A stretch of DNA of 64,000 bases from an uncultured bacterium. Its GTDB lineage: Bacteria; UBP14; UBA6098. Numbering within the stretch: position 1 is the first letter of the stretch; each line of letters begins with the position of its first letter. Under the pieces are notes generated by a model. The model worked only from the letters and a program-made list of their open reading frames with translations, ran no database searches and was not told the origin of the DNA. A program made the position numbers and the translations under genes. The stretch lies in the NCBI GenBank assembly GCA_964606695.1, contig CAZSHG010000010.1, positions 9,497 to 73,496 of the forward strand. The letters run 5' to 3'. Positions 8,380-17,912 of the stretch are shown piece by piece.

Positions 8380-8525
8380 CGAAATTCTCTAACGGTAACT
8401 TCACTCGTTAATAAAACAATATCCAAACATGCTAACTTAAGATTAATTATAATACTAAAAAACGGTTATACCAATAATAAAAGGCAGGTTTTTACACTGC
8501 CCTTCGTTTCCCATTGCTTGCCTTT

Positions 8526-8597
8526 TTACGGCGTTTTCTTTTCGGAAAGAAAACACATGTTCGTGCTGTCGAGGTCGCAATTCAATTCATCGATATC
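8526..8597 (-). pseudogene. Remnant of the last ~24 codons of a paralog of the giant gene
   Basis: The minus-strand translation DIDELNCDLDSTNMCFLSEKKTP* compares with the giant protein C-terminus ...ITIQSDGANWWVISEKKTP*. The DNA tttacggcgttttcttttcggaaa matches tttacggcgtcttcttttcggaaa at 10541-10564. A decayed copy of the downstream terminator hairpin lies at 8481-8504. Confidence 0.6.
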
Positions 8598-8618
8598 CAG
8601 CCTCGAAAGTTGCGGTTC

Positions 8619-8681
8619 TTAGTTCGATTGCGCGAACAACGCCGCCACAAGAATCAATGAAACGAGAATCAGCTTATTCAT
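8619..8681 (-). pseudogene. Truncated third copy of the DUF1566-family tandem genes (signal peptide only)
   Basis: ATG at 8681, then MNKLILVSLILVAALFAQSN followed by TAA. Nucleotides 8619-8718 are nearly identical to 9514-9613, which is the start of the gene at 8719-9576 plus the 37-nt spacer. Confidence 0.7.
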
Positions 8682-8718
8682 TCTATGTCCTTTCGAGAAA
8701 TCCTAAATCAACCGAACC

Positions 8719-9576
8719 CTAAAAAGCCCGAACAGCACGCACATAGTCCGTGTCGCTCTTATCGTCGAAGTTCTGACTGCCACTGCCGAAGCCCTGGCCC
8801 CAAGCGGCGCCGTGATTGAACTCGGTAGAACTCCAATAGTAGGCACTAGCAAAACCGCCACCTCCATTCGAAGTTGCGGTAGCATCAATAGTTGCCTTGT
8901 TATCATACATCAGGTTTAGTTCTTCTTTTGAAGGTAAGTACCAATCGCCATAGGTTTTGCCACCTTCGGTAATTTGTAAATCGTTGCAGATTTGAGCCGC
9001 ATAATCAGAACCATCGTCTCCAATTGACACATGTGATGATATAATTATTGATGTGTTTAACTCGCCTGAATATGGGCCATCTCCGGTTGCTCGTGTAACA
9101 CCATAAGTTCCGGCATACCATCTTATTCCTGTGCTTTGGTCATCTTTGGCACAAACAAGCCCGTGTTGCCCCGTTTCATCCACCCAAAACACGACACCGC
9201 CCTGCGCAAAGTCGCCGACTGAGTATGTAGTTCCGCCTCCGCCGGATGGCGTATATCCCGTCTCCTCCGGGTCGCTGGAGAGTTTGGCTATCCAGACCTT
9301 CGCGTTCCCCGGGTCGGCGAAATCGTCCGGGCGGATTACGCCGGGGGAGGACTCGGCGTCAGTCCCCGCAGTCAGGCGATAGATACGCGTCTCCGTGCCG
9401 TCGAAGACCGCGAGCATAGTTCCGACAGCCAACCCCGTAGTCGGGATGCCGTCCAGGTCGGTCGCCGTGCCGCCGGTGAGTCCGGTGATGTCCGGGCGCG
9501 ATAACAGAACCTCGTAGTTCGATTGCGCGAACATCGCCGCCACAATAATCAATGAAACGAGAATCAGCTTATTCAT
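8719..9576 (-). CDS. Secreted DUF1566 (Lcl C-terminal-like) domain protein, tandem paralog 2
   Basis: Signal peptide MNKLILVSLIIVAAMFAQS. C-terminal GDWYLPSKEELNLMY......YYWSSTE......VRAVRAF is the DUF1566 pattern. Paralogous to the gene at 9614-10474. Confidence 0.75.
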   Translation of the reverse strand: MNKLILVSLIIVAAMFAQSNYEVLLSRPDITGLTGGTATDLDGIPTTGLAVGTMLAVFDGTETRIYRLTAGTDAESSPGVIRPDDFADPGNAKVWIAKLSSDPEETGYTPSGGGGTTYSVGDFAQGGVVFWVDETGQHGLVCAKDDQSTGIRWYAGTYGVTRATGDGPYSGELNTSIIISSHVSIGDDGSDYAAQICNDLQITEGGKTYGDWYLPSKEELNLMYDNKATIDATATSNGGGGFASAYYWSSTEFNHGAAWGQGFGSGSQNFDDKSDTDYVRAVRAF

Positions 9577-9613
9577 TCTATGTCCTTTCGAGAAATCCTA
9601 AATCAGCCGAACC

Positions 9614-10474
9614 CTAAAAAGCCCGAACAGCACGAACCCTATACGTGATGCCCTTAAAGTAGTAGTACTGGTAGCCATCGTCGAAGGCCTGATACCAAGC
9701 GTTGCTGGTAAGGTACTCGGTAGAACTCCAATAGTAGGCACTAGCAAAACCGCTGCCTCCGTTAGCCCCTGCGGTAGCATCAATAATTGCCTTGTTTTGA
9801 TACATTAAATCCAATTCTTCTTTTGAGGGAAGGTACCAGTCGCCATAGGTTTTGCCACCTTCAGTAATTTGTAGCTCATTACAAATACGAGCTGCATAAG
9901 TACTTCCATCATCACCTATAGCTACTTGAGCTGCAATAATTATTGAGGTATTTGCTTCACCTGCGTAAGGACCGTCTCCTTTTGCCTGTGTATAACCATA
10001 AGTACCGGCATACCATCTTACTCCAGTGTTTTGGTCATCTTTGGCACAAACAAGCCCGTGTTGCCCCGTTTCATCCACCCAAAACACGACACCGCCCTGC
10101 GCAAAGTCGCCGACTGAGTATGTAGTTCCGCCTCCGCCGGATGGCGTATATCCCGTCTCCTCCGGGTCGCTGGAGAGTTTGGCTATCCAGACCTTCGCGT
10201 TCCCCGGGTCGGCGAAATCGTCCGGGCGGATTACGCCGGGGGAGGACTCGGCATTCGTCCCCGCAGTCAGAGCGTAGATGCGCGTCTCCGTGCCGTCGAA
10301 GACCGCGAGCATAGTCCCGACAGCCAACCCTGTAGTCGGGATGCCGTCGAGGTCGGTCGCCGTGCCGCCGGTGAGTCCGGTGATGTCCGGGCGCGACAGC
10401 AGAACATCATAATTCGATTGCGCAAACAGTGAAATCGCAACAAGAACTGTTAAGAAGAGAATAACTTTTTTCAT
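9614..10474 (-). CDS. Secreted DUF1566 (Lcl C-terminal-like) domain protein, tandem paralog 3
   Basis: Signal peptide MKKVILFLTVLVAISLFAQS. Same architecture as 8719-9576. Nucleotides 10031-10250 are identical to 9136-9355. Confidence 0.75.
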   Translation of the reverse strand: MKKVILFLTVLVAISLFAQSNYDVLLSRPDITGLTGGTATDLDGIPTTGLAVGTMLAVFDGTETRIYALTAGTNAESSPGVIRPDDFADPGNAKVWIAKLSSDPEETGYTPSGGGGTTYSVGDFAQGGVVFWVDETGQHGLVCAKDDQNTGVRWYAGTYGYTQAKGDGPYAGEANTSIIIAAQVAIGDDGSTYAARICNELQITEGGKTYGDWYLPSKEELDLMYQNKAIIDATAGANGGSGFASAYYWSSTEYLTSNAWYQAFDDGYQYYYFKGITYRVRAVRAF

Positions 10475-10494
10475 TTTTTGACCCCCTATAAATT

Positions 10495-10522
10495 GAAAAA
10501 GGGCAGTCTTGAAACTGCCCTT
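10495..10522 (-). terminator. Rho-independent terminator of the giant gene
   Basis: On the minus strand: agggcag-tttcaaga-ctgccct followed by ttttt, about 20 nt after the stop at 10542. Confidence 0.7.
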
Positions 10523-10541
10523 TGGTTGGTTCGATGCTTAT

Positions 10542-13500
10542 TTACGGCGTCTTCTTTTCGGAAATCACCCACCAGTTCGCGCCGTCGGATTGGATTGTGA
10601 TAGCGTGGTTTACCGAAGCAATAACTCCGATTGGGTCGTCGATGCCGTCGAGGGTCTGAGTGCCACTTGTTATGATATCAATTTCATCGAAACCGCCGCC
10701 GCCGCCGGCTGTCTTCTTAATCACATAGATTCTACCGGCACAGGTTGTTGCGTCTGGTAGCGTTAGGACAGTGTTAACAGCATCGAAGCCGGTATCAACG
10801 AAGATGCTATAGTCATTATCCGTAACGGTATAGTCAGTGTTTGCTGGGACGGAGACAATGGGCATTGAAACTGCGCCGCCGACATTGAGGCCTTCACTAA
10901 TGGTTACATCGCCGCCGGTTCCGACGACCAGGGAAGCGTCGCCGATTTTGATTGGGTTATCGGAGTTGAAACGGGTGGTGTCGCCGTCGTCGTAAATCCA
11001 GAAGGAGTCGGCTAATGAAGCGTCGGTGCCCCAGTAACGGTAACCACCGTCGATCATGAAGTCGTCGTAAGTGTATATATTTCCGCTTGTTCCATCAAAG
11101 TTCATCTTGAGAACCGCAGGATCGCCGGTGTATATTCTAACATCGCCTGGCCTGGCGGCATTTTGATGCCCACCGCCGATTAGATTCACATTGCCACCAT
11201 CGAGAGAGATACTATAAGCATCTCCACCAACGATACTCACACTACCACCACCGTGACCGGCAGATGCATGACCAGCATTTAGTGAAATACTCGATCCCCA
11301 TCCTCCATTGCCATCAGATCCCTTGATATCTGTCGAACCTAATAAATTCAGATTTCCACCACCAACAGCGAGGTCTTGTGTTGCAAATACGTCGCCGTCG
11401 GTTTCGACGATGAGAGAAGCATTGCCGACCTTGATGGGGTTATCGGAGTTGAAACGGGTGGTGTCGCCGTCGTCGTAAATCCAGAAGGAGTCGGCCTGAG
11501 TGGCGTCCACGCCGATGTAGCGGTTGCCGTTATCGAGGAAGACATTGCCGCCATCGATGTGCAACTTAGACTGAGGACTTGTCGTTCCGATGCCGACATC
11601 GCCAGACGATAATACCCGCATCGCTTCGCCAGAAGTGGTAGTAGTAAATTTAATATCAGAACCGCCGCCGGAGGTTAATACAAGATGTGCGTCGGATTCA
11701 ATTGTGCATTCATACCAAGCCGGACGCTTGATAGATAGTTTCCCAAATCCATCGTTCGGGAAGAAATTAGTGTTTAATCCAAGTAAGCTGGCGTCGCCGT
11801 TGACATCGAGCAAATTCCCAGGAGTTGTCGTTCCGATACCTACATTGCCAGCGGCATCGACATAAAGGGCGCTATCCGGGTCGCCGTCGGAGGCATTGAG
11901 GAAGTTATGCCAATGGCTGTTCGGGTCGATGCTCGTTAAGCCGGAACCGTCGCCGGTGAGAACACCGCTAACATCGAGATCGCCGGAGACATAAACGTCG
12001 CCGTCGGTCTCGACGATGAGGGAAGCATCACCGATTTTAATCGGGTTGTCGCCGTCGAAACGAACCGTGTCGCCGTCGTCGTAAATCCAGAAATCATTCG
12101 CGCCGGAAGCATCCGAACCGCGAAGATAGGCACCATCGCCCATAACGACGTCGCCTACTGTTTGAATCGCGCCATCGACGAAGAGATTATTGTCGATATA
12201 GACCGTATCGCCTATGGCCTGAATGGAATCGACGATGAGTTCGCCGTTGACGTATAGTTGCGCCATGGTCCAGATTGTGTCGCTGTCGCTACCTGAAACA
12301 GAGCGAATCGTGTCAACTGAAGCTAACGACGCTGTAAGATCCGACCAATAGACATCGGAGCCGTCGGTTATGAGGATTTGTCCTGCGGTGCCGAAGGATG
12401 TGCCGTCGTGGATGCCGCCGTCGAGATATAGGTCGTTATCGATATTCACGTCGCCGTCTGCGAAATAGGCCGCCCAATTGATCGTTCCGCCGGAAGCGGT
12501 TGCATAAATACCGTAGTTTTCGTCGCCGTTGAGTGCTTCCATGTATGCACCATAATTGATGCTGGTTCCGGAGCCATTGTCCTGGGCATAACCATAGATA
12601 CCGTAGTTTTCGCCGTCTCCCCATGCATCACCGTAAACGCCGTAGTTTGATCCGTCGCTACCATCTACATAACCATAGACACCGTAATAAGAATTACTTC
12701 CTGTGGTATAAACCTCGCCTGTAGTTCCAATATATCCACCCAGTCCGTAAACACCGATGCCGTAGTAATCTGCGGGAACACTTACGCCGTAAACGGCCGC
12801 GCCGTCGGTTGTTCCAACGTAATTATTCTGGAAATAACCTACTGCTTCGCCCCATGCGTCCGGTTCGCCTTCGACATGGAGCCTTGCCGTTGGAGTTTCC
12901 GTTCCGATTCCTACAGAGTCGGCGATAATCGCGCTTCCTCGTGTGTATGTATTATCATCGAACCATATTGTATCCCCGTCGGCTTGAATTGAATCGGCGA
13001 TAAGCTCGCCGTTGACGTAAAGTTGCGCCATCGTCCAGATTGTATCGGAATCGAGGCCATTAACCGAGCGGAGCGTATCGAAATAACCTAATGACGCTAC
13101 TACATCAGACCAGTATATATCGGAGCCGTCGGTCATGAGAATCTGGCCTGAGGTTCCGAAGTCTGTGCCATCGTGAATGCCGCCGTCGAGATAAGCATCG
13201 CCCGTTACCATTAATCCCGAATTAATCAGGAGAGAATCTTTCAATAGAACCGTTCCGCTATTCCAGGCCTCGATGGAATCGAGGGCAATTTCAGGAACAA
13301 CGAGGACTGTATCGACAAAGAGCGAACCGGCTTTTGTGCCGTGAATTCGACTTGTATAAAGCGTGTCCGCCCACAATGGCTGATGACCGGCAATGATAAT
13401 CGGTCCCCATATCATCAGGGAGTCCATGATGTCGAGATTGTCGCCTATCCAGACGTCGCCTTGCACTCTTAGATATTCGTTGACGAATAATGAATCGCCA

Positions 13501-16500
13501 ACCTGAAGATCATTCTGAAAAATAGCGTCGCCATAGAGTATAAGGCTATCATTGACAGATAGATCGTCATCGATAACGACATCGTTATCGAAATACGCGT
13601 CGCCATTTACGGTTAATGAATCATCGATATATGCGTCATCATTTACCCATAAATCGTGGTCGATTTCGAGATTATCGTCGATATATGCGCTTCCCATTAT
13701 TATGAGGCTGTCAGCCAAATACATGTCATCGGCTGAAATATCGCCGGTAACATCAAGGTCGCCTCCGATAGATACGTCCATAGTAACATCGAGACTCTCG
13801 GCAATAACAACATTATCCGCGAAGAATGCATCGCCGAGGACGTAGAAGTCCTGAGTTGCGATTACATCGCCGTCGGTTTCTACTACGAGGGAAGCGTCGC
13901 CGATTTTAATCGGATTGTCGGCGTCGAAGCGCGTCGTATCGCCATCATCGTAAATCCAGAAGCTGTCCGCGCCCGTGGCGTCAACGCCATAATAGCGATT
14001 GCCGTTATCGACGAAGACATCGCCGTCAACGGTAAGGCCGGCGTTTATCAGGACGGAATCTTTTATCAGGATAGTTCCGCTGTTCCACGCCTCGATGGAG
14101 TCAAGGGCGATTTCCGGCGTAACCAGAACGGTATCGACGAAGAGGGAACCGGCGACCGTGCCGTATATTCTATCTACCCAAAGTTCGTGCCCGGGAGTGA
14201 TGACGACCGAGCTGTCGAACATTGCGGGACCGTCAACGTAAAGGGTGTCGTCGCCTATGAATACAGTGCTGTCCAGGTTAGTCGGTCCGGCGACAAAAAG
14301 GCTTTCGAGGACATCGACATCCGTTGCCAGTAGATAGAAAGCCGTGATGCTGTCCGCAGTGATGACATTGGCAAATATCGTGTCGTCGTTGGTCAGATTG
14401 TCGTGGAAATAGGCGTCGAGATCGACTTCGAGCTCGCCCTGTAGATAGGTGTTGCCGCCGACTATAAGGCTATCGGTGATTTCGACGTCCTGATTGAACA
14501 AGCCGTCGCCATCGACTTCGAGGTCCTCCTGGACGTTCACATATCTCTGGAAATAAGTCGAATCTTTTACGATTATTGAATTTCCGTTCCACGCCTCGAG
14601 TGAATCCAGTGCCACTTCGGGAGTAGCCAGAACAGTATCCACGAAGAGGGTGCCTGCGACCGTGCCATAAATCTTATCGACCCAGAGTTGATGTCCCGGA
14701 GTGATAACGACCATGCTGTCGAACATTGCCGGTCCCTCGACGTAAAGCGTGTCATCATCGATATAAACCGTGCTGTCGAAATTGGCAGGGCCATCGACAT
14801 AGAGGCTTTCGAGGACATCGACATCCGTTGCCAGCAGATAATTTGCCGTTATACTATCCGCGGTTATTACATTTGCGAATATCGTGTCGTCGTTGGTCAG
14901 ATTATCGTGGAAATAGGCGTCCAGATCGACTTCCAGCTCGCTCTGAAGGTATGTATTTCCGACAACCATCAGGCTGTCGCCGATCCATACGTCCTGATTG
15001 AATAGCCCGTCGCCGTCAACTTCGAGGTCCTCCTGGACGTTCACATATCTCCTGAAATAAGTCGTATCTTTGATTATTAACGAAGTCGTATTCCAGGCTT
15101 CGAGTGAATCGAGAGCTACTTCGGGAGTCGCCAGAACCGTGTCAACAAAGAGCGTGCCGGCAACCGTGCCGTAGATCTTATCGACCCAGAGTTGATGTCC
15201 CGGGGTGATGACCACCATACTGTCAAACTGCGCCGGGCCTTCGACGTATAGCGTATCGTCGTCTATATAAACCGTGCTGTCGAAATTGGCCGGGCCATCG
15301 ACAAAGAGGCTCTCCATAACATCGACATCTGTAGCTAATAAATAGTTAGTCGTGATGCTATCGGCTGTGATGACATTGGCGAATATCGAATCGTCGTTGG
15401 TCAGATTATCGTGGAAATAGGCGTCCAGATCGACTTCGAGTTCGCTCTGCAAATAAGTATTTCCGACGACCATCAGGCTGTCGCCGATCCATACATCCTG
15501 ATTGAATAGCCCGTCGCCGTCAACTTCGAGGTCCTCCTGGACATTAACGTATCTTCGGAAATAAGTAGAATCTTTTATGATTATTGAATTTCCGTTCCAG
15601 GCCTCGATAGAGTCTAAAGCCACTTCCGGTGTGGCCAGAACTGTATCTACAAACAGAGTGCCCGCGACAGTGCCATAAATCTTATCGACCCAGAGTTGAT
15701 GTCCCGGTGTAATGACAACCATGCTGTCGAATTGCGCCGGGCCGTCAACATAGAGCGTATCGTCGTCGATTGTAACCGTGCTGTCGAAATTAGCTGGGCC
15801 ATCGACAAACAGACTCTCGGTAACATCTATATCGGTTGAAAGCAGGTAATTGGTAGTGATACTGTCCGCGGTAATCACGTTGGCGAATATCGTGTCGTTG
15901 ACCCATGCGTTGTGCATTACGTAGAGATCGGTTCCTACCGTTAATGTCTGCATAACGTAAGCGTCCATGCCGACCATAAGGCTCTCGCCAATCATCGCAT
16001 CGTCGTAAACGAGGAGGTCGTCATCGACAACATTCGAGCCGTGAACGATGATGTTGTCATCGAAATGGATTGTATCGCCCACCGCCTGCATCGAATCGGC
16101 GATAAGTTCGCCGTTGACATAAAACTGCGCCATCGTCCATATCGTATCGGAGTCGCTGGCGCTGAGGGTGCGCAGAGTATCGACTCGAATTAAATCGCCG
16201 TAGAGGAAATCCCAGAATACATCGGAGCCGTCGGAACGGAGATACTGGTCGTGAGCGCCGAAACTGACGCCGTCATAAAGACCCGTGTTCAGGTAAATAT
16301 CATTTTCGATGTTGACATCGCCGGCATCGAAATAACCGGCCCAGTTGACCGAGCCGCCGGAAGCCCATGCATATACGCCGTAGTTCTCGGCTCCGTTTGT
16401 GGCCAGGAGGTAACTACCGTAGTTTTCACTTGCTCCACTACCATTATCACTTGCGTAACCGTATAAACCATAATTAATTCCATCACCGTATGTTGAGCCG

Positions 16501-17912
16501 GTAACACCGTAGTTTTCGCCGTCGCTACCATAGACATAGCCGTAAACGCCGTAATAATAATCACTGCCTGTCGGATAAACGTCACCCTCGACACCGATAT
16601 AACCGCCTTCACCGACGACGCCGATTCCCCAGTAATCCTGCGGGACGCTAACGGCGTAAATACCCGCGCCGTCAGCCGATCCAACGTAATTATTCTGGAA
16701 ATATGCGACAGCTTCGCCCCAAGTATCCGGTTCGCCTTCGACATGAAGTCGCGCAGTCGGGGTTTCCGTGCCTATGCCGACCGAATCCACGACAATTGCG
16801 CTTCCGTCAGTATAAGTGTTATCATCGAGCCAGATAGTGTCGGCGTCGGCCTGTATCGAATCGGCAATCAGTTCTCCATGAATTTTCGTGTTGGCCATAA
16901 GCACTATAGTATCGGTTACATCGTGTCCTTCACTCCAGATCGTATCGACACCCAGGCTGTTTACGATAAGACTATCGCCGAAATAGAGATTACCGCCTAT
17001 GTGTAAATCTCCATCAATCCATTGGCTTCCATGGACAATTAGGGAATCGAAAATCTCAACGAAATCGTCCATGGCGGCTATCGAATCGGCGAATAACATA
17101 CCGTAAACCCGGAAGTTCGACATAACGAGCATAGTATCGCCGGTAAGACTATCCGTGGTATATAAAGTGTCGAATCCGAAGGGGCCGTTTGGGATATATG
17201 CCGCAACGGGATAAGCGCCGTCGAAAATCCATAGCGAATCGGTAACGTCGTCGAATTCGAACCAGGTAATACACTCATTAAGAGAGGATAGGTCGTGATC
17301 CGCATCGACATGACTGGTTATTGCCGTTTCGTTGGCTGATATGTTTATTAAATTCGCCCTGACCCCCTGGTCGAGATCGACAAGAGCGCCGTGAACTTCG
17401 GTCTCGCCGAAAACGATACCGAAGTCGCCGGGGCTGGTCAAAGGCACATCGACGTCGTCCTGCATGAAACCGCCGCCGCCGCCTGCAGAAGAATCGGCGT
17501 AAATCGCGTAGAGCGCGGTATCCGCATAGATAGACCTGAATGAATAAGGGGAAGCCCGGAAGGTTACTCTGGGCTCCAGAACGTGTCCATCGATTGTAAC
17601 TTCGAGATAATAAAGAACGTCGAATTCCAGATTCAGAGGTGTTACCGAACCGAGATCGACGTCGAACAATCCTCTAACTATCGGAATAGAAGGATGAGTC
17701 TCAGTCCAAACCGCTACACCTCCAGTTTCTACCTCGTAAAGCCCAAATTGGATCGGTAAGGTGTCGTTGACACCGACGCCACCGATATCTGTAACTTTAC
17801 CCTGATAGGCGATTACTCTCGGAATAGCCTCGGCGCTAAGCCCTATAGCTACAGCGAGAGTAATAATGATGACGGAAAATAATGTCTTTTTCACGGGATT
17901 CCCCTTTCTCAC
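10542..17912 (-). CDS. Giant (2456 aa) secreted repetitive fibre/adhesin-like protein
   Basis: Signal peptide KKTLFSVIIITLAVAIGLSAEA. Head motif VIAYQGKVTD...FGLYEVETGG.AVWTETH...GLFDVDLGS. Multiple internal repeat families (see findings). D/G/V/T-rich beta-helix-like composition. The long ORF is uninterrupted. Confidence 0.85.
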   Translation of the reverse strand: MRKGNPVKKTLFSVIIITLAVAIGLSAEAIPRVIAYQGKVTDIGGVGVNDTLPIQFGLYEVETGGVAVWTETHPSIPIVRGLFDVDLGSVTPLNLEFDVLYYLEVTIDGHVLEPRVTFRASPYSFRSIYADTALYAIYADSSAGGGGGFMQDDVDVPLTSPGDFGIVFGETEVHGALVDLDQGVRANLINISANETAITSHVDADHDLSSLNECITWFEFDDVTDSLWIFDGAYPVAAYIPNGPFGFDTLYTTDSLTGDTMLVMSNFRVYGMLFADSIAAMDDFVEIFDSLIVHGSQWIDGDLHIGGNLYFGDSLIVNSLGVDTIWSEGHDVTDTIVLMANTKIHGELIADSIQADADTIWLDDNTYTDGSAIVVDSVGIGTETPTARLHVEGEPDTWGEAVAYFQNNYVGSADGAGIYAVSVPQDYWGIGVVGEGGYIGVEGDVYPTGSDYYYGVYGYVYGSDGENYGVTGSTYGDGINYGLYGYASDNGSGASENYGSYLLATNGAENYGVYAWASGGSVNWAGYFDAGDVNIENDIYLNTGLYDGVSFGAHDQYLRSDGSDVFWDFLYGDLIRVDTLRTLSASDSDTIWTMAQFYVNGELIADSMQAVGDTIHFDDNIIVHGSNVVDDDLLVYDDAMIGESLMVGMDAYVMQTLTVGTDLYVMHNAWVNDTIFANVITADSITTNYLLSTDIDVTESLFVDGPANFDSTVTIDDDTLYVDGPAQFDSMVVITPGHQLWVDKIYGTVAGTLFVDTVLATPEVALDSIEAWNGNSIIIKDSTYFRRYVNVQEDLEVDGDGLFNQDVWIGDSLMVVGNTYLQSELEVDLDAYFHDNLTNDDSIFANVITADSITTNYLLATDVDVMESLFVDGPANFDSTVYIDDDTLYVEGPAQFDSMVVITPGHQLWVDKIYGTVAGTLFVDTVLATPEVALDSLEAWNTTSLIIKDTTYFRRYVNVQEDLEVDGDGLFNQDVWIGDSLMVVGNTYLQSELEVDLDAYFHDNLTNDDTIFANVITADSITANYLLATDVDVLESLYVDGPANFDSTVYIDDDTLYVEGPAMFDSMVVITPGHQLWVDKIYGTVAGTLFVDTVLATPEVALDSLEAWNGNSIIVKDSTYFQRYVNVQEDLEVDGDGLFNQDVEITDSLIVGGNTYLQGELEVDLDAYFHDNLTNDDTIFANVITADSITAFYLLATDVDVLESLFVAGPTNLDSTVFIGDDTLYVDGPAMFDSSVVITPGHELWVDRIYGTVAGSLFVDTVLVTPEIALDSIEAWNSGTILIKDSVLINAGLTVDGDVFVDNGNRYYGVDATGADSFWIYDDGDTTRFDADNPIKIGDASLVVETDGDVIATQDFYVLGDAFFADNVVIAESLDVTMDVSIGGDLDVTGDISADDMYLADSLIIMGSAYIDDNLEIDHDLWVNDDAYIDDSLTVNGDAYFDNDVVIDDDLSVNDSLILYGDAIFQNDLQVGDSLFVNEYLRVQGDVWIGDNLDIMDSLMIWGPIIIAGHQPLWADTLYTSRIHGTKAGSLFVDTVLVVPEIALDSIEAWNSGTVLLKDSLLINSGLMVTGDAYLDGGIHDGTDFGTSGQILMTDGSDIYWSDVVASLGYFDTLRSVNGLDSDTIWTMAQLYVNGELIADSIQADGDTIWFDDNTYTRGSAIIADSVGIGTETPTARLHVEGEPDAWGEAVGYFQNNYVGTTDGAAVYGVSVPADYYGIGVYGLGGYIGTTGEVYTTGSNSYYGVYGYVDGSDGSNYGVYGDAWGDGENYGIYGYAQDNGSGTSINYGAYMEALNGDENYGIYATASGGTINWAAYFADGDVNIDNDLYLDGGIHDGTSFGTAGQILITDGSDVYWSDLTASLASVDTIRSVSGSDSDTIWTMAQLYVNGELIVDSIQAIGDTVYIDNNLFVDGAIQTVGDVVMGDGAYLRGSDASGANDFWIYDDGDTVRFDGDNPIKIGDASLIVETDGDVYVSGDLDVSGVLTGDGSGLTSIDPNSHWHNFLNASDGDPDSALYVDAAGNVGIGTTTPGNLLDVNGDASLLGLNTNFFPNDGFGKLSIKRPAWYECTIESDAHLVLTSGGGSDIKFTTTTSGEAMRVLSSGDVGIGTTSPQSKLHIDGGNVFLDNGNRYIGVDATQADSFWIYDDGDTTRFNSDNPIKVGNASLIVETDGDVFATQDLAVGGGNLNLLGSTDIKGSDGNGGWGSSISLNAGHASAGHGGGSVSIVGGDAYSISLDGGNVNLIGGGHQNAARPGDVRIYTGDPAVLKMNFDGTSGNIYTYDDFMIDGGYRYWGTDASLADSFWIYDDGDTTRFNSDNPIKIGDASLVVGTGGDVTISEGLNVGGAVSMPIVSVPANTDYTVTDNDYSIFVDTGFDAVNTVLTLPDATTCAGRIYVIKKTAGGGGGFDEIDIITSGTQTLDGIDDPIGVIASVNHAITIQSDGANWWVISEKKTP
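14060..15890 (-). repeat. About 3.6 tandem copies of a 504-bp (168-codon) coding repeat inside the giant gene
   Basis: The unit starts (codons IFAN, atattcgcc/gaa-type) end at 15890, 15386, 14882 and 14378. The marker tcgacccagagttgatgtcccgg recurs at 15685, 15181 and 14677, with a diverged copy at 14173. Spacing is exactly 504 nt. Confidence 0.85.

Noticed and set aside
4333-17912. Prophage or tailocin interpretation of the tail-fibre-like proteins
   Set aside because: No capsid, terminase, portal, baseplate, sheath, integrase or lysis genes lie nearby. The proteins have Sec signal peptides and sit among chromosomal envelope genes.
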